A stretch of DNA of 62,927 nucleotides, counting the filler, from Octopus bimaculoides (lineage: Eukaryota), in assembly GCF_001194135.2 (NCBI RefSeq). It is 4 parts of 4 records of this genome, joined end to end, with 100 filler letters (N's around TTAATTAATTAA, not from the genome) between each part and the next. Parts side by side here need not be neighbours in the genome. Positions count along the whole stretch, not along the records: positions 1 to 20,082 come from NC_068982.1; 3 more parts are not named here. One strand, given 5' to 3'. Shown in pieces: positions 1 through 12,595 of this stretch. Each line of letters opens with the position of its first letter. Positions within the stretch are counted from its first letter, which is position 1. The notes under the pieces are model-generated. The model had not been told where the DNA came from. It ran no database searches and was given only the letters and a program-made list of their open reading frames with translations. The translations under genes were made by a program, and so were the position numbers.

Positions 1-60
1 TTGCGATGTTTATTTTTCATCGTTGTCCCCACTTTTGTTTTTTTTCTGCTTTGTTTTCGC

Positions 61-137
61 CCCCCTCGAAAAGAAAAAAACTCTACATTTGTATTTTGTC
101 CCCTCTGTGTTGAGCCCTGTGTGGCTAATAAAGAAAC
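61..137 (+). mobile_element. 3' end of a retroposon-like repeat followed by a (TATC)n tail; second copy at 52433-52507
   Basis: ctctacatt(t)gtattt(t)gtccc...gttgagccctgtgtg(g/a)ctaataaa(a)gaaac occurs here and at 52433-52507, both directly followed by (TATC)n. Confidence 0.6.
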
Positions 138-152
138 CTATCTATCTATCTA

Positions 153-186
<34 letters not shown>

Positions 187-923
187 CGCCTGTCTGTCTC
201 TCTTTTTATTTATCTATCTAGCTGTCAAGTTAGATATCTTTATACCAAAATGTGGCACAGGAGAACAAAAAAGACAAATATCACACGGAAAGCTGCAAAA
301 GAAAAACAAACCCAGAAACGACATGGACACACACATCCTTCATAAGTTATCGACCAAGAATTATCACAATTTTGACGCCATATCGATGATATTGTTTAAT
401 TTGATGGTGTCAGTAGCAAAAAGCAGCAAAAGTGTAATGAGCAAACATGAAGGACAAAATATGACAAGTACGAAAAAAAAAAAAAGAACACAAGTTCTCC
501 AGACCAAATGTTAAAAAGGACGAGTTATGAAACAAACGAGAAAATATATAACACGAAAAGTAAGGACAGTAACGAAAACAAAAACATATTAAACACCTCA
601 TATTTGTATACACGGAAAGCCTTTCTGCAATACGACAGACTTAAGACAAGACGTGCGAAAGTAAGGCTAACTGGAAAGAATGTGATTCTTTCGGGCTTGG
701 AAAAATATGCATAACAAAACAAGATAAACGGAGGTAAATAGTTGAAAACTTCTGACGAGAGAGTTCATTCCGTTTCTTTAACGACTCAACACCTTGGTTA
801 GTTCTGCTAGTAGTTCTTTCATTTACAATGGTTCGTAGTTTAATTGTCAGGAAATATAGCGCATGTAGATTTTTAAGTATCTTAGTCTAGGTTCCTATTC
901 TTCTTAGCAATGGTTCTATAGAG

Positions 924-1168
924 CAGGAGTCCCCAACCACCGGACTGAAACCAATCCCGTTCCATGGATCATTTGGTACCGGGGTGCACGGAAAGAATAA
1001 ACCTTTAAATTTATTTTATTTAATTGATTATCGCAGTCTACAGGTTGTTTTTGCATTATATATGTATTATATATGTATCATGTATTTAATATATATGTTT
1101 CGTTAAGCACGTGATCTCCCGATCTGTGGAAAAATTGTCCGTAGTGCCAAAAACTTTGTGGACCGCTG
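924..1168 (+). mobile_element. Non-autonomous hAT (Charlie/MER1-like) MITE
   Basis: Termini caggagtccccaac...tttgtggaccgctg; subterminal gtggaaaattgtc and gtgccaaaaa as in MER1-type elements; 8-bp flanks ctatagag (916-923) and ctataaaa (1169-1176), 6/8 identical. Confidence 0.7.
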
Positions 1169-2711
1169 CTATAAAAAATAGAGAACCAGCAGTGACCTGC
1201 GAAATAGTCCTCCCTGCCGTCCAATACTCTCGCTTTATAAATTTGAGCCTTAATATCTTGAAGCAGCTTCGAACCTATTTCTCTGTTGGAAAAGTGAATA
1301 TCTTAATTCCAAATAATTTTTCGAAACCGAGTCTTATTAATAAGCAGCCATTGGTGTTGAAGATTTCATTTCGATTCTGTATGTGCTCTGAATTACATTT
1401 GACCTCTGCTAGTCTCGCACAACTTGTGCAACTGAGATGTTTTTGTATAAAAATCTTATATGTTGAATTTCATTTCTTATGTTGGCAGATTGATGTAAAA
1501 AGTTTCTTTTCCTTTTTTAAATCACAATCGGCCTGCAAATGCACTTTGTAGAAAGCCGTAATGTTATAAGATGGTGGCCAATGTAACCAGAAGATATACC
1601 ATGGAATCTGTTCATGACACATTTTTTAATGCTATTCATATGTTCTTTTTTACTTTCTTTTCAGGACCAGTACAAAGGTGTAACCATTTATGAATGCTAA
1701 AGTTCGTAAAAGACTAACTGAACTTTACTGAAAGCAGCAATCACAACGTCTTAATTGTATAGTTAATATGCAATGAACGATAAGGACTTCTAAGGACAGT
1801 TTGTATCGTTTTAGTTAAGCATGGTACACAAACATTCCAACAGATATAATTTCTTAAAAGTTTCGGATTCTTGTTTTAGTGTATTACGTCGCATGTGAGA
1901 AATGCTTATTGACAGTTAGGGAGTTGGTCTGTCAAAGTGATATCAAGTGAATGTGGCAAAATCAATTACAGCATCCAAGAAACCCTTCATCTACGATTGC
2001 CTACATGCAACAAGATGGAGATTTATGATAGTTATTTTTACCTCTTATCTGTGGTTAAATGAATCCTGGTTTGAAGTACTACACCACATTCGTGCAGGGT
2101 GTTTAAAGTGAGAGTAGATAGTGAAAAAGCATCCGACACTCCTAGCGAGGAGTCAAGATACATTACAACAATGGAATGTGTTCACTACCACTTGCAACTT
2201 ATGAAAGGTGACCAACAGATACATTCATGAATCACATGACCTGAAAGTTGTTGGTTTCTGAAACTGAAGCCGAACTTAAACGACAAACTCATTTACACTT
2301 TGAATCATCTGAAGACACTTTTTCATACTCAACAAACCAACGATTTTTTGCTTTCAAACCAATGAAGTAAACTTTGGAAGATATTTAGTTCAAAATTCCT
2401 TAGGCCCCATCAATTTTCTAATACTTTGGTCAAACCACTCCATTTCAGTACATCGACAGGGTTCCGTACGATGCATATTTTGACAGAAATAATTTACCTT
2501 AGTACTTATATATATCATACATTTGTGTCTTACCTGATACTCATAAACACGCACAGCTACGTAAATGAATCTCTTTGAAATAATCTTTATTATATAGGCA
2601 CCTTCTACAAGCAACCTAAACACCCTTTCTTTGTTATGCATAACATAGACGAGTTAATAAGTCTTATACTTCTCAGTTCGCCACTTTTCTTTCCATTATA
2701 GTAAAACTTAC

Positions 2712-2775
2712 CATGTAGATTCCTTGATACATTTTCCACACATACTGCACACATAAACATGCTTTTTTTGCGGTT
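2712..2775 (-). CDS. Candidate 64-nt coding exon with CxxC (zinc-finger-like) peptide PQKKHVYVCSMCGKCIKEST
   Basis: Minus-strand acceptor attttactttgattctgtgtAG and donor ATG|GTAAGT; all three frames open; one reads YVCSMCGK. No confirmed partner exon. Confidence 0.35.
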
Positions 2776-3570
2776 CTACACAGAATCAAAGTAAAATATT
2801 AACTTCTACTAAATTTAAGTGAATTCTCTTTGCACCATCTCTTTAATAAATTATATTCGCATGTGCTCTGAGTCGCAAAGACTATCAAGAAGCCCATACG
2901 GAAACTTGTTATTGAGTAAAGCAAAAATCATATTACTGTCCATATTCTTATTTATTGTAAATTATCGTCCCTGACTCAAGTGGTGTGGGAATTAACGCCC
3001 CTACATATAACTCATGTAGCCAATGAAATAGCAGATCCCGACGAATTCTTGAAGGAAGAGACGAATTTGATTACAAAACAAACCTGTCTGATTAATCGAA
3101 GCTTGATGTAATAGCAAATGACATCAATTAACTGAATATAATTATACCCTAAAGCAGACATGGGCAACTTTTTCTGGAAGCAGGTCGCATGAGATATAAA
3201 TCATCATCAGATGGGTTGCACCACTAAAAAATTTAAGGTAATATTTCGTTACCTGTGCCATTCATAAACACCCACGTATCGTAATTTTCCCATGACTGCT
3301 CTACGGTAGGTATTGACTATTTTAATCTTATTCGTTATAAAAAAATGGTGTATATGTAAGTAAGTGTATGTACATGTATGAGTAGATAGATAGACAGGCA
3401 AACAAACAGACAGACAGACAAACAACTACGTATTCACATTTTGCACACACGAACAAACAGCACAGGTCTTTAATTAAGTCGCGTATGCTAATTAAGTTTT
3501 ATTTAACGAAATATAAAGCCACCTGTGTGCAGTAGACGCTTATTATCATTATTATTATTATGATGACAGA

Positions 3571-4002
3571 AGACGGTGAGCTGACAAAATTGTTAGCACG
3601 CTGGGCGAAATGCTTAGCGGTATTTCGTTCTTTATGTAACCACTCAACTTCGGGGGTCGAGTGAGCATTCCGCCTCATTATATCATCTTTTTCATGATTC
3701 ATTCGTTTCTTTTAATTTTGCTTCTTTCTTTATGCCTCCTTATTATAATTTTAGTTCCCCGATATTGTGTTTGTACCGTCTATGTTGGCCCCTGGTGGTG
3801 GGTAATAAAGAAATCGCGGTATTTCGTCCCTCTTTACGTTCTGAGTTCAAATTCCACCGAGGTCGATTTTACCTTTCATCCTTTCGAGGTGGATAAAATA
3901 AGTACCAGTTTGAACATTGAAGTCGATGTAATCGACTCATTCCCGTCCCCAAAATTGCTGCACATGTGGCAAAATTTGAAACCATTATTATTATTATTAT
4001 TA

Positions 4003-4070
<68 letters not shown>

Positions 4071-4560
4071 GTTATTATTATTATTATTGTTGTTATTATA
4101 GGAGACGGCGAGGTGGAAGAATCGTTAGCATTCCGGGCAAAATGCTTAGTGGCATTTAGACCGCCTTTACGTCATAAGCTCAAATTCTGCCGAGATCGAC
4201 TTTGCCTTTCATCCTTTCGAGATCGATGAAATAAGTACCAGTTACGCACTGGGGTCAATATGATCGACTAGTCCCCTCCACCACTAATTCCAGGCCTTGT
4301 GCCTATAGAAGAAAGGATTATTATTATTATTATTATTATTATAGGAGACGGCGAAGTGACAGAATCGTTAGCACGCCGGGCAAACTACTTAGCTGCGTTT
4401 CGTCCGTCTTTACGTTCTGTATTCAAATTCCGCCGGGGTCGACTTTGCCTTACATCCTTTCGGGGTCGATGAAATAAGTACCAGTTTCGCACTGGAATCG
4501 ATGTAATCGACTAGCCACCTTCCTTAAACGTTTCAGGCCTTGTGCCTTTAGTAGAAATTA
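3571..4560 (+). mobile_element. Head-to-tail cluster of tRNA-derived SINE family B copies (about 3571-3814, 3816-3985, 4101-4318, 4344-4560)
   Basis: Repeated ggagacggcgag(c/g)tg(g/a)cagaatcgttagca head, B-box-like gttcaaattcc, body gtcgactttgcctttcatcctttcggggtcgataaaataagtaccag; copies separated by (ATT)n. Confidence 0.85.
3983..4100. repeat. (ATT)n microsatellite (SINE tail)
   Basis: Long ATT run; explains the poly-L and poly-I ORFs. Confidence 0.95.
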
Positions 4561-5391
4561 TTATCATCATAGGAAATATTACTAATGGTTAGTGCCAAAT
4601 ATTTCTAAAATTAGTTTCTTGAAACGGAATCGATTGCAAGTCAACAAATAAAGAGTTTACTCGGTCACTTGATGTGTTAGAAATAACAGCCAAATTTCCC
4701 TCCTGTCACATTCTAGTGTCTTAAATAAGTAGAAGATACGCGTGTTATGTAACCGAGTCCTGGACTTATCCCTGAAAAGATGGTGTGGCCACGGCTAGAA
4801 TGTCTTTGATGTCATATTTCTGAGCCTTCAGAACTGACCTTCGACAAAATAACAACGACAATGACGAAGCCAACAAAGCAACAACAATATTGTCTTGGTT
4901 TGCGAAAAAACTTTTGCCTTTGTATTTCCTGTTTAGGTACACATAATGAAACATTTAATACAATACAAAATGATTTAATGAATGTATGATTAAATTAAAA
5001 CAGATTTATATTTGGCCACAATTCGATTTACTTTTTGCTATTATCTACATTTTTTATTATTATTCTAAACTATCAAATAGAAGTGAACAAAAATATGAAT
5101 AATTTAATAAAGGAATAATTAAATGAAACGAAATTTATAATCTGTACATATTGGCAAATCTCACACGTAGGGGTTCAATTAAAAATATTTTATTATATGC
5201 ATACCAACATTTACACGCATACGTAAACATAGATAAACGTACATTTATACATTTATGTATGTAGTGCTATGAATACTGACTAATACCTACACAAACTTAA
5301 ACACAAACACACACACACACATATACACGCGCACTCTCACACATACACATACACACACACACGAACACACACACACGAACACACACACACG

Positions 5392-5425
<34 letters not shown>

Positions 5426-6254
5426 AACACATTTATGTATGTACGTATGAAACACAAATGCACTCACTAATATATAGTATACAAATTATCTTTATGTGTA
5501 TTTCTTTATGGAATTTGTGTAATATTTTAAGAAACTTCACGCACATATAGACATACATTTATATACATAAATCTATCTACATAAATGCATATATAATGCA
5601 CGTGTTGTAAATACATACATACATACATACATACATATACATATAGATTCTTACATACATGCACACAATCTGAACAAACTGTTGTCTTTTCATTACACTA
5701 AAATCCAAAAATCCTATAGCATCAATAGCAATATTCTTCGGATTGTGACAGGGAACAAAACTTCACGATAGAAAAACTCCAGAAAGCGCTTTTATTGTCG
5801 GCCACTAGTACAAAAGAAAAAAAAAAGAAAAAAAAATTAAGAAAAAGATTATCGGCATGAAAGTTCTCAAAAGGGTTAGATTTATACAAATCATGCCAAC
5901 GTTAGCAAATACAATTGTTGTACCAAAGAACAAACCTTCTTTGATGATGAAGAACCTCTGGTTAACCGTACACCAAAATTTAATAATTAGATTAGGTTTT
6001 AGGATTAAGAATACAATTGACAAAAAAATATTTGTATTTCAAAAGCAGAACAATGGGGAAAAAAAGAGGGTCGAGAGAGAATGTAAAAAAAACAACAAAA
6101 AAAAAACAAAGCACTTAAGGTACAGCAGATTTTCTCTACAGTTTATATTTTCTCAATTGGAGTAAAACAAATGCGCCATGTAGTTTAAGCCTAAGGTGAG
6201 AGACAAGGTCACAGAAACACTGGGAGCTACTGTTGAAGTGTGTATTGTATCGAG

Positions 6255-6470
6255 TCGTAGGACGCACAGGGCCGGTTATCCGGTTTCCATGGCATATCAG
6301 TTACCAAGATCACAACATTTCTCTGAACATGAGGCCAATCCAAAGCAGGGTTGTTCATTTATAGCTGAGTGGACAGGAGTAACATAAAATGAAGTATTTT
6401 GCTGAAAAACACAATGCACCGCCCGGTTTTGGAGTCAAGACCAAGATTTGGCGATCTTGAGTGTAGCTTC
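6255..6470 (-). mobile_element. Degenerate tRNA-derived SINE family D (CORE-like body)
   Basis: agctgagtggacaggagtaacataaaatgaagtattttgctgaaaaacacaatgc matches 43063-43115. Confidence 0.7.
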
Positions 6471-6892
6471 TTTGGATTCATGATCGCTTTAGAGCGTCAG
6501 AGTTTGTAGGTTATGTTTTTGCAATCCAAGAGCAGGTGGTAGCTACAAAATACCCGTTGAACAAAAATATAGTAAAACACTAAACCCTCGAAGTGCGATC
6601 GTAAATGTCTTTTATGTCACGTATTTGTGGAAGATAACATTCACGATTGGCAGCTTCATTAAAGATAACGTTCATGGTTTGCAGCTCCATTAAAGAATTA
6701 CTTTCCGATGCAGCATCATGTTATTGCTAAAGAAATGTGCAGTGTACAAGAAAGACCACTCTGGGACAAATATAAAAGGTATTTTTGATATTGAATATAT
6801 ACATATACGTACATATATACATACACACACACACATACTTTTCAACACAAGGAATATTGGTGAAATATTCTTATCAAAATACTTAGGCAACT

Positions 6893-7279
6893 ATTGTTGT
6901 TGTTGGCACTCCGTCGCTTACGACGTCGAGGGTTCCAGTTGATCCAATCAACGGAACAGCCTGCTCGTGAAATTAACGTGCAAGTGGCTGAGCACTCCAC
7001 AGACACGTGTACCCTTAACGTAGTTCTCGGGGATATTCAGCGTGACAGTGTGACAAGGCTGACCCTTTGAATTACAGGTACAACAGAAACAGGAAGTAAG
7101 AGTGAGAGGAAGTTGTGGTGGAAGAGTACAACAGCGTTCACCACCATCCCCTGGTGGAGCCTCGTGGAGCTTTAGGTGTTTTCGCTCAATAAACACTCAC
7201 AACGCGCGGTCTGGGAATCGAAACCGCGATCTTATGACCGCGAGTCCGCTGCCCTAACCACTGGGTCATTGCACCTCCA
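6893..7279 (-). mobile_element. Full-length tRNA-derived SINE family C
   Basis: Reverse complement of 29776-30148; A box tgacccagtgg, B box gtttcgattcc, (CAA)n tail. Confidence 0.9.
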
Positions 7280-7632
7280 CTAGGCAACTATAGCGGACTT
7301 GATATCGCTTTAGGGGGTGGGGAAATTTATTGTAAAAATCAATGGGCAGAATAATAAATATGGACAAGCACTTTGAAGTCAACAGCTTCTCTATACAGAT
7401 TATAAATTTACTTTTGTACTCATAATCACTTGTATATTGGGTTATGACGCTGTATAAGTAGAAATCAGAGAAAGCTTTCTGGTTTTCAGACAAAGTGACC
7501 AGTGACAAAGTGACAAAGTGACTTTGTAAATCTAATCGATAAAAATATGTTATGACTCTTCTAAAGTTTAAAATAATTTTTTACCGCAAACGTTACATAT
7601 ATTCCTTCAGTGAATATTTGTTTCTTTGTTAT

Positions 7633-7809
7633 TGTTGTGTCGACGCCCCCAGGCGAAGAAGTAGGATCTCCCAAGACATATAAATAGAGGTAGTCTGGCC
7701 GTGGTAGGAGTGTTGAGTAGCTGTTGAGTAGCAGTCTAGTAGCAGTTGTGTAGCGGTTGAGTAGAGATCATCCGAAGGTGCTAGATAGCAGTAGCGTTGA
7801 GACATAACA
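7633..7809. mobile_element. 177-bp solo LTR (TRIM-like) with 5-bp TSD
   Basis: TG...CA termini; 9-bp terminal inverted repeat tgttgtgtc/gacataaca (8/9); exact GTTAT at 7628-7632 and 7810-7814; TATA-like catataaata at about 7677. Confidence 0.75.
7712..7766. repeat. 11-bp minisatellite x5 (gttgagtagcN) inside the solo LTR
   Basis: gttgagtagct gttgagtagca gtctagtagca gttgtgtagcg gttgagtagag. Confidence 0.85.
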
Positions 7810-7881
7810 GTTATCAACCCATATTTTAATAGGAAGAATTCAATGAATTTAAGAGGGAGTGAAAAAGAGAGAGAGAGAGAG

Positions 7882-7926
<45 letters not shown>

Positions 7927-8289
7927 TAGACAGAGACAGGCAGACTGACAGACAGACACAATATAAAGCATGCATACAAACAGCTGTAAATATATGAATA
8001 GGTACATAGTTTCCTGTCATTGAAAGCCCACAGAGATCTGCTAAACAATCTTCACAAACGGAGTGGTTGTCTTCTTTGCTATAAATATTTCAAAGAGAAT
8101 ATTCTGTGCTTCTGTTTACTTCGGCACTAAATCCACTGCCGTTTCTTTTATGAAAATGCGCATATTTGCTTGTGTTTGTTGCAAGACTATACACTATTGC
8201 AACCCATAATGTCTTCTCGAACGATTTAAAGTTCTATACTTGATATATTTACAATGCAGAGGAACAGCTGAATTTAATAACAATATTCT

Positions 8290-8720
8290 CTTCTAATATA
8301 AAGATGGAATTTGGCACCCTAAAAATGTCCATATTTGTCGATTAAACGCTGGAAAACCGTTTTCCATATCTAAAAAGTTTGCGTCAATGGCCTTTCGATC
8401 TATTCTGTTCCATCCAACGTTATTATAATTTACTACGTGTTTATAAAAATATATCATAAAATGATGATGTAAACAAAGATAAAGTGGCCTTAAAAATATG
8501 GCATTCGGAGCTTCCCCCTTACAACGTGACAGTATCCCACAACACATTTGCAATAGCCGTTCTGAGATGAATGACTAATCTATACAAGGAAATCCACTCT
8601 GCAGGTATTAAAATCTGCAAAATCCTGAAGCAGTAATATTGACTGTCTCTTTCTCGGGAAAAAAGAGGGTGGAAGATGTTTAAAATCAGTGCTGATGGCG
8701 TATGCGTGTAGAACGATATC
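8290..8720 (-). pseudogene. Decayed CR1/L2-like LINE reverse transcriptase fragment
   Basis: Minus-strand peptides IFHPLF.RET, LIPAEW and RKAIDANFLDMENGF resemble the P.EWK and D.I(Y/F)LDF.KAFD RT motifs; stops and frameshifts present. Confidence 0.5.
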
Positions 8721-9282
8721 CAACAGACAGCATTTCTTAAACTACGGTAACAAAAGTAAATATGTGAGCTCATAAGCGACGAGAACAAATTTCTACGAAT
8801 TAACAGTGAACTCTTTATAAAATATTCACTTTTCAATTAGTACCATGTGATCCAGAATTTCTGGACTATTAATAGGCCAACAGCAGATCGGGATATCAAG
8901 CACTTTGCATATCACAAGCAGTTATTCAAGAGTGTGTTTCCTGTAAACATGGGAATAATACTAAATGTAGTTTTTGTTGGACTCGTGACACATGTACATC
9001 ACATTTTGAAGTTTATGCCTTTACAATCCAAGAACAAGAACATTTACGTTATAGCTCATAAACAAAAGAGATAGTGAAACAATTAAACCACTATTGTGCA
9101 ACCAAAAATATCGATTATCTTACATTTCTGAGGAAGAGATAGAGCATGCGATCAGCAGTTGTACTAAAATATCATCAACCTCACGTTGTAACAGTAACGT
9201 TGTTATTACTAAAACAATATGCAATGCCATCCATTCAATAAATATTGCTATTGAATAGATAACTATCAACACAAACAATAAT

Positions 9283-9357
9283 GAGATTCGAAGTGAGAAC
9301 GTAAAGGCGGACGGAATGCTGCTAAGCATTCTGCTCGACGTGCTAACGATTCAGTTG
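9283..9357 (-). mobile_element. SINE family B 5' fragment
   Basis: Reverse complement gaatcgttagcacgtcgagcagaatgcttagcagcattccgtccgcctttacgttct. Confidence 0.7.
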
Positions 9358-10220
9358 GCTTACAACCTGCAGGAATCGAATTATAATGACGGGAACAAGG
9401 AAAGCTTATGTCAAAAAGGAAAAAAAGATATAGTGTTTAGTCTTAACACGATAAAAACGATAGAAACCTGTAGACTGATGCAAAATAAGGGAGCAGCCTG
9501 TCTCTATTTGCAATATATATTCAATCTAAAAATTTTACATAAGCTAGGTTAGCGACAACTCCTCTTCTACGTATAATATCTGTTCATAAAATTATTAAAG
9601 TTAACATGTAATGTAAACATTTTAATAACCGTCGCTAGATAATGCAATCTTTATGATTTGTTCGCCATCCATAGTTTGGTGTAATCTGTACAGTCTGGAC
9701 GAGCATCACAAGTTGGATGTTTGAATTTTATTATCTCTTTGTCATTGTTGATTAAAATATATGGTATACAATGCGTCTCTAGTGCATTAGTTAATCATTT
9801 AATAGACAGAACTCAAGGCTACCGTACGATATATTTACAGACACCTGGATACACAAACACGTATATGCACACTCTCATGCGTTTAATTTTCAATAAGTGT
9901 ATGTTTGCATATTTGTATGCATACGTCAGCATGTATACACCTGTATATTGTATAAATTTCGATGAGAAGATATATTAAAATGCTTTAAGACAGACACAAT
10001 TAATCGTAACTACGAAACTCATTATGGAAATTATGTGAATTTTGAAAAAAAACTTACTTTCTGGTTAACTAGTTCACATCGTAAAAAATCCATAGTGCAA
10101 CATAATTAAATATTTAAACTGATTTATTCAAATAACCTTTGCGCATATGTTTTACATGTTAGACGTATACGTTCATACAATACATTTGATATCTAAATAA
10201 CTGAAGAAACTTAAAGCCTG

Positions 10221-10222
10221 TA

Positions 10223-10300
<78 letters not shown>
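10221..10300. repeat. (TG)n microsatellite
   Basis: Direct inspection; many similar (CA/TG)n and (TA)n tracts across the window. Confidence 0.95.
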
Positions 10301-10301
<1 letters not shown>

Positions 10302-10799
10302 GTGCAGATTTGTATGTTTTGCTTTATGTACGTATTCTCATGCATATAGTTGTATATCTAAACATGCTAATATATATTTAAATGGTAAACTTCTAGAAAA
10401 AGAAGTTTTTTTTATAAAAAGAAATTTGTTTCTGTAGCAACGGCAACAATAACAAAATAGCATAAGACAAATAACAAGCAAAAAAAAAAGAAAAGAGAAG
10501 CAACTCAATCATAACTGAATAGCTAACACTTAACTTTAAGTTTCTTCCTATTTCTAGGCGAGAGGGAGAGAGAGAGAAAGAGAGGATGACAAAAAAAGAA
10601 AAGAAAAGAGAGGAGGAAGAGGAAGCGGAGTGAAAAAGGGCGAGGGACTACGAGAAACTATGAGCGAACATGGAGGAGAGAGAGGGAAAGAGTGAGATAG
10701 AGGGGAAAGAGTGAGAGAGGGAAAGAGTGAGAGAGAGGACGACATCGAGTTGGCTGTCCTTGACAGGAATGGACAGCAGCCAAAACCATTATGAATAGA

Positions 10800-10821
10800 G
10801 GTAGCAGCAGCAGCAGCAGCG

Positions 10822-10882
<61 letters not shown>

Positions 10883-10895
10883 AAGTAGTAGTAGT
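10800..10895. repeat. (CAG)n(TAG)n microsatellite
   Basis: Direct inspection. Confidence 0.95.
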
Positions 10896-11249
10896 TGCTG
10901 TTGTAGTTATTGTTGCTGTTTTTGTTGTTGCTTAGTCCCAACTTGGCCCCGATCATCAGACCTATGATTGAAAGTATTTAACTAGTTCTGCTAAGACATA
11001 CAACTGCCTAACGAAAAATTACCTTGAATTTTCTTGGTAGTGCCCTCGCCTGATGGTGAACCATGTCTCGTGCAGCCCGCTTCTCAAAAAACATTGCCTA
11101 TGCATGGCTTGGAGACCCTTGTGATAGATGTAGTCTGTGTTGTTGTTGTTCAGATGGAATCAAGCTTGTCAAGTCTACTGGCCATCAAATATATGGACGG
11201 ATTAATTGGAATGTAAGGTACTCAACAGCTGTCAATTCTGTAAAATCTT

Positions 11250-12125
11250 GCGCCAGATATGCAGATGATACTTAATACCATCTCGCAAGGAGGCTGTGAA
11301 AATATACAGCATGTTCAACACTATCGAGGAAGCATAACGCCTGGAAGTGTTTGTACATTACAACTTATTTTTGCCTTTCAGAGCAAAGATGGCCTACATT
11401 AGAAATGAGAGCTATAGGATACGCAGTAGATGAGGCGAGACAGGAAGCAAAAACACCAACAGCATACAATTCCGAAAAGTCCTGCTGTAGAATGACTACT
11501 CATACACTTTAACTAATCGCCAGGACATCACCAGACCAACTAACAAAACCCACACATGTGCTTTCTGAACTTCCACAGTTTAACGAAAAATAAAATAAAA
11601 GAAAACTACTGCAATTTGTCGTAAAATCCATCAAGAGGGATTGAATATATGACTGACACACTCCGGATCTTCCCTGAGGAGGAAGATATTATGTACATTA
11701 CTCAACTGCCCAATCAAAGATGAAAATATATGTTTGCGATCCTACGTGGTGTATTAAACCACGTGTAGCAAATGCAAGCAATTCTACATCGGAAATACCA
11801 TCAGACAAGTTCACATACGGGTCAAAGAACACTTCTCTGCTAATGCTTCTTCTGTCAAAAAATCACCTATAGAAATGTTGCATCCAAGACATTCAAGTTT
11901 GTATTGAAAGAAACATTGGGTGCTTCAGAATATAGGAAGCGATTTAATTAACAAGTACAGCCTCCAAATTAATGACAAAAGTGAATTGTATGTAATTGAT
12001 TGGATACTAAGGTAACACAAAACACCCATTCATATACACACTACAGAGCAGAGGCATAAACCGACAACACTTTTTCTACGTAAATTTCCTGAAGAAGGGG
12101 TTCCAACCCTGAAATGTTGAAATGC
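11250..12125 (+). mobile_element. Penelope-like retroelement remnant: RT traces, GIY-YIG endonuclease and start of pLTR
   Basis: 11692-11860 in one frame: CTLLNCPIKDENICLRSYVVY*TTCSKCKQFYIGNTIRQVHIRVKEHF; then EAI.INKYSLQIND at about 11935-11980; upstream RYADDT at about 11255-11272. Confidence 0.85.
12084..12123 (+). ncRNA. Minimal type I hammerhead ribozyme motif (CpG-decayed) in Penelope pLTR
   Basis: atttc CTGAAGA aggg-gttccaa-ccct GAAA tgtt gaaat: stem I atttc/gaaat, stem II aggg/ccct; GAAATGTT probably derived from GAAACGTT. Confidence 0.7.
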
Positions 12126-12193
12126 CAGGTAATAAGTGGCCTCACATTTAAGCAGAAGTTTAAACAGTAATAAACGGCCTCACGTTTAAACAG

Positions 12194-12595
12194 AGTGGCT
12201 GTGTGGTAAGTAGCTTGCTTACCGACCACATGGTTCCAGATTCATTCCCACTGCGTGGTACCTTGGGCAAGTGTCTTCTACTATAGCCTCGGGCCAACCA
12301 ATGCCTTGTGAGTGGATTTGGTAGACGGAAACTGAAGGAAGTCCGTCATATATATGTATTTATATATATGTATGTGTGTGTATATGTTTGTGTGTCTATG
12401 TTTGTCCCCCCACCATCGCTTGACAATCGATGGTGGTGTGTTTGCGTCCCCGTAACTTAGCAGTTCGGCAAAAGAAAACGATAGAATAAGTACTAGGCTT
12501 ACAAAGAATAAGTCCTGGGGTCGATTTGCTCGACTAAAGGCAGTGCTCCAGCATGGCCACAATCAAATGACTGAAACAAGTAAAAGAGTAGAAAG
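12194..12595 (+). mobile_element. tRNA-derived SINE family A (CORE-like), near full length, with 28-bp TSD
   Basis: A box tggctgtgtgg; ccttgggcaagtgtcttctactatagcc core; tail aaatgactgaaacaagtaaaagag; flanks 12166-12193 and 12596-12623 match 26/28. Confidence 0.92.

Noticed and set aside
230-740. A-rich ORFs at 23-514 and 508-714
   Set aside because: Low complexity, no motif recognised; may be very old LINE debris but unsupported
3571-4560. Repeat-spacer pattern resembling a CRISPR-like array
   Set aside because: Units are SINE copies of about 220 bp with ATT tails in eukaryotic DNA; no cas genes or unique spacers
12194-12260. tRNA gene calls for SINE heads
   Set aside because: A and B boxes present but no cloverleaf, and followed by SINE bodies; no true tRNA or rRNA gene seen
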